Below the pieces are notes generated by a model. It searched no databases and was not told the origin of the DNA. It saw only the letters and a list, made by a program, of their open reading frames with translations. From Candidatus Latescibacterota bacterium (lineage in GTDB: Bacteria; Latescibacterota; UBA2968; UBA8231): a stretch of 64,000 nucleotides of DNA. The stretch is taken from contig OZ242005.1 of the NCBI GenBank assembly GCA_965204725.1, positions 5,152,001 to 5,216,000 of the forward strand, given 5' to 3'. Both the position numbers and the translations under genes were made by a program. This document shows positions 58,813 through 64,000 of the stretch, one piece after another. Positions within the stretch are counted from its first letter, which is position 1, and every line of letters starts with the position of its first letter.

Positions 58813-59067
58813 ATGACAGAACAACCCCTCCCCCTAACCCAAGAGCAAGACCACGACCGCCGCCTCAGCCAGCTAGAAGGCACTGCCGAACAATTCGTCG
58901 CGCAAAGCCGCCAGACCAACACCCGCTTAGACCACATCGATCAAACCATTGCCGCGCAAGGCCGCGAACTGCGGCGAGAGATCGCCGTGCTAACCCGCTG
59001 GTTGGTTGGAATGCAAGTAGCCAGCTTGGTGGTGCTGGGGACGCTGATCTTGTTGCGCTTGCCCTAA
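58813..59067 (+). CDS. Small coiled-coil protein with C-terminal TM anchor
   Basis: AAGGAG SD; RLSQLEG..RLDHID..RWLVGMQVASLVVLGTLILL. Confidence 0.65.
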   Translation: MTEQPLPLTQEQDHDRRLSQLEGTAEQFVAQSRQTNTRLDHIDQTIAAQGRELRREIAVLTRWLVGMQVASLVVLGTLILLRLP

Positions 59068-59147
59068 TCACCCGCCCCGGCCACCCCCCAATTTCGTAAC
59101 ATGGGGCTTCTCTCCAACAGAGGCCCCATGTTATCTTTTTACTTAGT

Positions 59148-59456
59148 ATGTACGATGTCCTGCTAACGCCCGAATTTATCGAATGGATGGACGCCTTGGA
59201 TCCTGTAACGGCTGACCGGGTTTCCAGTGTCCTCGACCGCATGGCAGAAGGCAATTGGGGAGACTACAAAACCTTATCAGGTGTGCGCGGCATTTTCGAG
59301 CGTCGCCTGATGGGAAAAGGACCGGGCATTCGGTTGTACTTCTGTCGGCAGGGCAGAAACGCAGTGATGATATTGACCGCTGGCGACAAAGCCACCCAAC
59401 AACGCGGAGATATTGCCAGAGCCCGGCGTCTCAGGGAACGATACGTACAAAATTAG
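59148..59456 (+). CDS. Type II toxin, RelE/ParE (addiction-module killer) family
   Basis: F.EWMDAL..RMAEGNWGDYK..GIFERR..GPGIRLYF..LTAGDKATQ..DIARA. Confidence 0.85.
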   Translation: MYDVLLTPEFIEWMDALDPVTADRVSSVLDRMAEGNWGDYKTLSGVRGIFERRLMGKGPGIRLYFCRQGRNAVMILTAGDKATQQRGDIARARRLRERYVQN

Positions 59457-59465
59457 GAGGGTATT

Positions 59466-59669
59466 ATGGCACTCACCAAACACGATGACTACGCCTGCCT
59501 GCGAGCGAAGCGAGACCCGGAATTCGCCCGACGGATACGTCAAAGAGCGATTGAACTGCTGGACGGCGATGAAGAGGATCGCCGGATTGCCCGCCGGATA
59601 CTCCAGAATCAGCTCGGGATCGCCGTTGGCGAAATCGACGAACTAGAACGGGAGAAGGCAACAGTCTGA
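59466..59669 (+). CDS. Putative antitoxin (short, no obvious HTH)
   Basis: AGGAGG SD; directly after the toxin; MALT..RAKRDPEFARR..AIELL resembles addiction-module antidote N-termini. Confidence 0.6.
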   Translation: MALTKHDDYACLRAKRDPEFARRIRQRAIELLDGDEEDRRIARRILQNQLGIAVGEIDELEREKATV

Positions 59670-59945
59670 TAGAGGAAAGTCATTTTCAGTTATCTTGCTA
59701 TTTAAAGACTGTAGCGGTGTTCAACCTACGCAACGGGGGTTCCACCCCCATTCATGCGGTACTACTTACTGTTTACTGTTTAAAATCACGTCCGACCCTG
59801 AGAAGCCTTTTTAAAACCCCCGTTGGACGCTTGGTGGGGCTGTCGAGTGGCCTTGGCGTCCAGTGTTTTTCATAGGGCGAGACGCCCTCGGGCCTAATCC
59901 CCTCAATCCCGGACGCATCGGGCGTACTCAATAGGTATCGCGTAC

Positions 59946-60212
59946 TTAGCGGCGTAGGTTTTTCTCCGAAAACCCGGTTCCAAACTTGCTCGCCAATTGT
60001 CGCGACAGCGTAGCGACAATTTCCTTTCCGTAATCGGCTCGTTGTCCTTGAAGAATCTCGTTCTGAATCCGCTTGCCGATTCTCCAGTAGAGACTCGTCA
60101 TACCTGCATTGATGGCCTGAGCAACTCCCGCACGGGTCTGCTCAATCATACTCTGCACATCGGCAAGCAAGCCATCCGGCGTGTCGATAATATCGAGATG
60201 TTCGTCGCTCAT
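59946..60212 (-). pseudogene. DUF1016/YhcG 5' fragment truncated by the insertion
   Basis: LYWRIGKRI..RADYGKEIVATLSRQL..GFSEKNLRR, then a stop supplied by the TIR. Confidence 0.88.
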
Positions 60213-60261
60213 GTCCGATTGTCCTGAGAATTTACTGGAGACGAGACTGGCTAGCATACAC

Positions 60262-61071
60262 TCAAGCGGCGAAATACGCCCGCATTTTCTCCAGACCAAT
60301 CCGGGCGACGTCGGCCGGGTCCTCAGCCCACAGCCCCGGATTGAACAACTCCAACGACACAAACCCCTCGTAGCCCTGCGCTCGCGCCAGCCGCTCAATC
60401 GCGCGCAACGGCCCGGCCCCGTCGCCGGGCATCACCCGGTCGGCGTCGCTTTGTTCGGCAAAGGGCTTGTCGGCTGGCGCGTCGTTCCAGTGCCAGACCG
60501 CGACCTTGTCGCCCGGCACTTTGGCAATGCTCTCGATGGGGCCGCCGCCGCGCAGGATGTGGAACGGGTCCATAACCAGACTCGCATCGGGATGGTCGGC
60601 GTCCACGGCAATCTGCCAAGCTTGGTCAATGGTATGCACGCTTTGCACAAAGCCGAGGTACTCCATGGCTGGGCGCACGCCGATTTCCCGGCCCATCTCC
60701 AGCAAGGCGCGGTAATCGGCCCCGCCCCGGCTCAGGTCGCAGGGCGTCAGCGGTGGGCTGGCGACTATGAACTCGGCCCCCACCGCTACGGCCTGCGCCA
60801 TTCGCCGCCGAACCTCCTCCATAGCCTGCACCCGCGCCGCGCCCTCAGCCCCCAACCAGCCGTGGAGCGCGATGACGGTCGGCACGGCCAGCCCGTAGTC
60901 GGCTAGTGCCCGTCGCACATCTGCGAGCGAACCGCCCTGCTGCTCGTGCGCGGTCAAGTCGTCGTTCCACAGCTCAATGCCCCGGTAGCCGGTCTGCCCG
61001 GCAATGCGGATTTTCTCCAGCAGCGACGCCGGCCGGATCGTCGAAGTGTTGAGCGCGTATTGCACCGTCAT
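60262..61071 (-). CDS. Sugar phosphate isomerase/epimerase (TIM barrel)
   Basis: GYRGIELW, MEYL, MDPFH, HWNDA, RVMPGDG, VSLELFN. Confidence 0.85.
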   Translation of the reverse strand: MTVQYALNTSTIRPASLLEKIRIAGQTGYRGIELWNDDLTAHEQQGGSLADVRRALADYGLAVPTVIALHGWLGAEGAARVQAMEEVRRRMAQAVAVGAEFIVASPPLTPCDLSRGGADYRALLEMGREIGVRPAMEYLGFVQSVHTIDQAWQIAVDADHPDASLVMDPFHILRGGGPIESIAKVPGDKVAVWHWNDAPADKPFAEQSDADRVMPGDGAGPLRAIERLARAQGYEGFVSLELFNPGLWAEDPADVARIGLEKMRAYFAA

Positions 61072-61093
61072 GTTGTTTCCTTTCTCGTTGTTG

Positions 61094-62116
61094 TTAGGCC
61101 ACACATAAAAAATCCTTTCCCTCGATCAGCCCCAATCCAGCCAACGCTTCCCGAATCAGCACCCGCGCCCCCCGCGACGCCACCGCCGACAAGAGGAACG
61201 GCCGCTCGTGACGCGCCCACCAAGCCGGCAAGTCTTCCGGCCCGATCACCGGCTTGCGCCGCAAGGTGCCGCCGATTTTCTTGGGGGCAATATCGACAAA
61301 TACGTTGGGAGCACGGCCTTCGCGCTCCAAGTGTTTGGCGAGCCGCCGGCCAGTCTTGCCCGCCCCCCATACTACCAGCCCGTCCCGCTCTTGCAGCGGC
61401 CCGGCGCAAAGGTAGTGCGCTTTGGCGCGGAGGAAGTTCTCCACGGAGTAGCGGCTCTGTACGTGCGTGGCTCGCCGCGGATGCTCGCGCCAATAGTGCA
61501 AGACCTCCGGCACCTTGGCAAAGCGCCGGCCCGCCGCCCGATAGCGCAACCACAGATCGTAGTCTTCCGGCCATCCCCGATCTTGATACCCCCCCAAGGC
61601 CACCAATTCCTCGCGGCGCATCATGGCCGACGGATGGGCGATGGGACTTTCGATGAAAAACTCTCGTTCAATGGCCGCGCTATCTACCAAGCCGTTTAGC
61701 CACGCCTCATACACCCGCATCCCCTCCCCGGTCGCGGCCCGCGGAAAGATCTCCACCAGACAGCTCACGACACTCAAATTGCGATCTGCTTCCAACCACG
61801 CGAGTTGTTTTTCCAAGCGCTCGGGGTGCATTCGGTCGTCGGCGTCCATGCGCGCCACGTATTCGCCCCGACACCACGGCAAGCCCCGGTTCGGCGCCGC
61901 GACAATGCCCCCGTGGTCGGCGAGCAACGCCCGAAAGCGGCCATCGCGACGACTCCATTCCAAGAGCATGTCCCCACTCTCGTCCTCCGAGCCGTCGTCT
62001 ATGCCGACGACCTCAAAGTCTTCCCAGCTCTGCGCTTGGATGCTCGCCAGTGTTTCCGGCAGGGTGGCGGCTGCGTTGAACACGGGTAGTAGTACTGATA
62101 CGCGGGGCGTTTTCAT
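61094..62116 (-). CDS. Glycosyltransferase family 2
   Basis: VSVLLPVFN, IDDGSED, ARMDADD, HPS, EDYDLWLR. Confidence 0.9.
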   Translation of the reverse strand: MKTPRVSVLLPVFNAAATLPETLASIQAQSWEDFEVVGIDDGSEDESGDMLLEWSRRDGRFRALLADHGGIVAAPNRGLPWCRGEYVARMDADDRMHPERLEKQLAWLEADRNLSVVSCLVEIFPRAATGEGMRVYEAWLNGLVDSAAIEREFFIESPIAHPSAMMRREELVALGGYQDRGWPEDYDLWLRYRAAGRRFAKVPEVLHYWREHPRRATHVQSRYSVENFLRAKAHYLCAGPLQERDGLVVWGAGKTGRRLAKHLEREGRAPNVFVDIAPKKIGGTLRRKPVIGPEDLPAWWARHERPFLLSAVASRGARVLIREALAGLGLIEGKDFLCVA

Positions 62117-62139
62117 GGTTGCAAGTTTAAGCGCTCGAC

Positions 62140-62245
62140 CTAAGTACGCGACCCTTACGTTGCGTAGCCTTTTCTGGTGTTGCCGCTGCGTCCGGGATCG
62201 AGGGCGTCCCGCCCTCGACGAGGGCAAGATGCCCTCGATCCCGGG
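62140..62245. repeat. Third copy of the element end motif plus REP-like nested hairpins
   Basis: CTAAGTACGCGAC at 62140; CCGGGATCGAGGGCGTCCCGCCCTCGACGAGGGCAAGATGCCCTCGATCCCGG. Confidence 0.75.
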
Positions 62246-62314
62246 GAGGGTGGCCGCGGATGGCTCGTGGTACGGTGCTTGACATTCTTTTGCTCAATGC
62301 CCGATTTTTAATCT

Positions 62315-63076
62315 ATGATACATCTCAAATCGCCCGTGGAAATGGACCGCATCCGCGCCAGTTGCCGCATCGCCGCCGAAGCCATGCTGCGCGTGGAGGA
62401 AGCCCTCGCGCCCGGCGTCACCACCCGCTCCCTAGACCGAATAGCCGACCGCTACATCCGCAGCCAAGGAGCGGTTGCCAGCGCCTTGGGCTACCGCGGC
62501 TTTCCCCGCAGCATCTGCATCTCGGTCAACGACGAAGTCGTCCACGGTATCCCCGGCGACCGCGTCCTGCAAGAAGGGGACATCCTCGCCGTTGACATTG
62601 CCGTTAAAAAGGACGGCTTTCACGGCGACATGAACGTCACCATGAAAACCGGCTGCGTACCCCCCCAAACCCAACGCCTGCTCGACGCCACGCGCCAGAG
62701 CTTGGAGGAGGGATTGGCCGCCTGTACGCCCGGGCGACGCCTCGGCGACATTGGCCACGCCATCCAAAGCTATGTCGAAGCGCACGGCTTTTCCATCGTG
62801 CGCACGTACTGCGGCCATGGCATTGGTCGCAACTTCCACGAGGAGCCCCAGTTGCTCCACTACGGCACGGCCGGCACGGGCCGCCGCCTGCAAAGCGGCA
62901 TGGTCTTTACCATCGAGCCGATGGTCAACGAGGGCGGCTACGACACGCGCGTACTCGACGACGATTGGACGGCCGTCACGGCCGACGGCAAGCTCTCGGC
63001 TCAATACGAGCACACCGTGGCTGTCACCGACAACGGGCCGGATGTGCTGTCGCGCTTTGCCGACTTGCCGTACTGA
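62315..63076 (+). CDS. map: Methionine aminopeptidase type I
   Basis: CISVNDEVVHGIP, GFHGD, GHGIG..HEEP, FTIEPM, SAQYEHT. Confidence 0.96.
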   Translation: MIHLKSPVEMDRIRASCRIAAEAMLRVEEALAPGVTTRSLDRIADRYIRSQGAVASALGYRGFPRSICISVNDEVVHGIPGDRVLQEGDILAVDIAVKKDGFHGDMNVTMKTGCVPPQTQRLLDATRQSLEEGLAACTPGRRLGDIGHAIQSYVEAHGFSIVRTYCGHGIGRNFHEEPQLLHYGTAGTGRRLQSGMVFTIEPMVNEGGYDTRVLDDDWTAVTADGKLSAQYEHTVAVTDNGPDVLSRFADLPY

Positions 63077-63132
63077 GTTGCCGAGCGGCGGCATTTTCTT
63101 ATTTTTTAAGTTCATTTCGCAAGGAGAATAGT

Positions 63133-63426
63133 ATGGCACGGCCCGCAAAAGCCCAATCCAACGTCGATGACGACAACGCTGAATTTTCGTTTGACCCCGG
63201 GACGCAGATCGAGCTAGAAATCGAAGACACCTGCTGCATCACGGACGAGCCGGTCGAATTCAGCTTTTGTCGCTTCCCCGACTACAAAAACGGCACCCTG
63301 ATGGTCATGTCGAAGAGCGCGATGCTCAAGCACCTGCGCGCCGGCGACTCCATCGCCCGGTTCAAAGAGGTGCTGGTCCAGCGCCACGGCGAGCAAGTCT
63401 TAGTGGAGCACTACTCCAACTACTAA
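63133..63426 (+). CDS. Small hypothetical protein
   Basis: AAGGAG SD; acidic N-terminus, CCITD motif; followed by a terminator. Confidence 0.6.
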   Translation: MARPAKAQSNVDDDNAEFSFDPGTQIELEIEDTCCITDEPVEFSFCRFPDYKNGTLMVMSKSAMLKHLRAGDSIARFKEVLVQRHGEQVLVEHYSNY

Positions 63427-63453
63427 GGCGACGCGCAACCTACATGTACATGC

Positions 63454-63493
63454 AAAGAAGGGATGGTCCCACGGCGGACCATCCCTTCTTTTG
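63454..63493. terminator. Bidirectional intrinsic terminator
   Basis: AAAGAAGGGATGGTCC-CACGGC-GGACCATCCCTTCTTT between convergent genes. Confidence 0.8.
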
Positions 63494-63506
63494 CTCGGCC
63501 GCCGCG

Positions 63507-64000
63507 CTACGAGCGAGCCAACAGTGCCTCGATATCCTCGCCAAATACCCCGCGGGGATTGGGCCGGCCGCTCCGGTCGCGCGGTACGCCTAAGTGCATC
63601 TTGTACACGCGGCCTTCGCGATCAAAAATAAAGGTCAGCGGTACGCCCATCCGCCTTAAACTCTCTTTGTAGAAGGCGCGGAGCAGCTCGTGTTGGCCGT
63701 CGTGAACCACCGGGTAGTTGATGGCCAAACGCTCGACGAACTCGCCTATTAGGGGAAGGACGCGCTCGGCCGGGCCTTGGTCTATGGAAATGCCGATGAT
63801 CGCCACCTGCTCGGGGTCGTACTCACTGCTCATCTCGACCAAGGCGGGGATTTCGTAGCGGCACGGGCCGCACCAAGTCGCCCAGAAGTTGACGAGAACG
63901 ACCTTGCCCTCGTAATCGCGCAAATCCACGCTCTGCCCCTGATAGTCGTTCCACTGCGCCGCCTGTGGGGGGAAGAGCTTGTCCCCCTTTGGCTCGGGCT
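63507..64000 (-). CDS. TlpA-family thiol-disulfide reductase (5' end outside window)
   Basis: GKVVLVNFWATWCGPCRYEIP; GVPLTFIFD. Confidence 0.9.
   Translation of the reverse strand, partial: PEPKGDKLFPPQAAQWNDYQGQSVDLRDYEGKVVLVNFWATWCGPCRYEIPALVEMSSEYDPEQVAIIGISIDQGPAERVLPLIGEFVERLAINYPVVHDGQHELLRAFYKESLRRMGVPLTFIFDREGRVYKMHLGVPRDRSGRPNPRGVFGEDIEALLARS

Larger units (their letters stand above)
53700..59949. mobile_element. Non-autonomous cargo transposon with 12-bp TIR and 9-bp TSD
   Basis: TIRs CTAAGTACGCGA (53700-53711) and TCGCGTACTTAG (59938-59949); TSD CGGCGTAGG (53691-53699 and 59950-59958); interrupts the DUF1016 gene. Confidence 0.88.

Overview
GC-rich bacterial chromosome window. 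FlgD/T9SS-type C-terminal domains, dockerin-like EF-hand repeats and 'SWGxLK' tails suggest a Latescibacterota/Gemmatimonadota-like organism (inference). The housekeeping backbone is radA, prmC, prfA, rpmE2, rho, dnaG, tRNA-Ile2(CAT), tRNA-Val(CAC), mpl, hisC, relA/spoT, recD2, glcD, map and a TlpA thioredoxin. Three accessory features stand out. (1) A 6,250-bp element with no transposase (53700-59949) has 12-bp terminal inverted repeats (CTAAGTACGCGA) and a perfect 9-bp target-site duplication (CGGCGTAGG). It splits a DUF1016/YhcG gene and carries a poly-C tract, a 1467-aa surface protein and a toxin-antitoxin pair; a third copy of the end motif lies at 62140. (2) A ~9-kb tandem array holds six mosaic paralogues, each with a signal peptide, a subtilase-propeptide-like domain without a protease, Gly-rich helices and a C-terminal hairpin ending in LRF. 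(3) That array interrupts an uncharacterised membrane cluster: a DUF6785-like transporter, a giant PA/M28-pseudopeptidase/FtsX fusion, an OPT-like transporter with an apparently permuted Fn3-like insert, and a PqqD/RRE protein. A DUF4011-helicase-nuclease (Hhe-like) defence gene is also present. All family assignments come from motif recognition by eye, not database searches.
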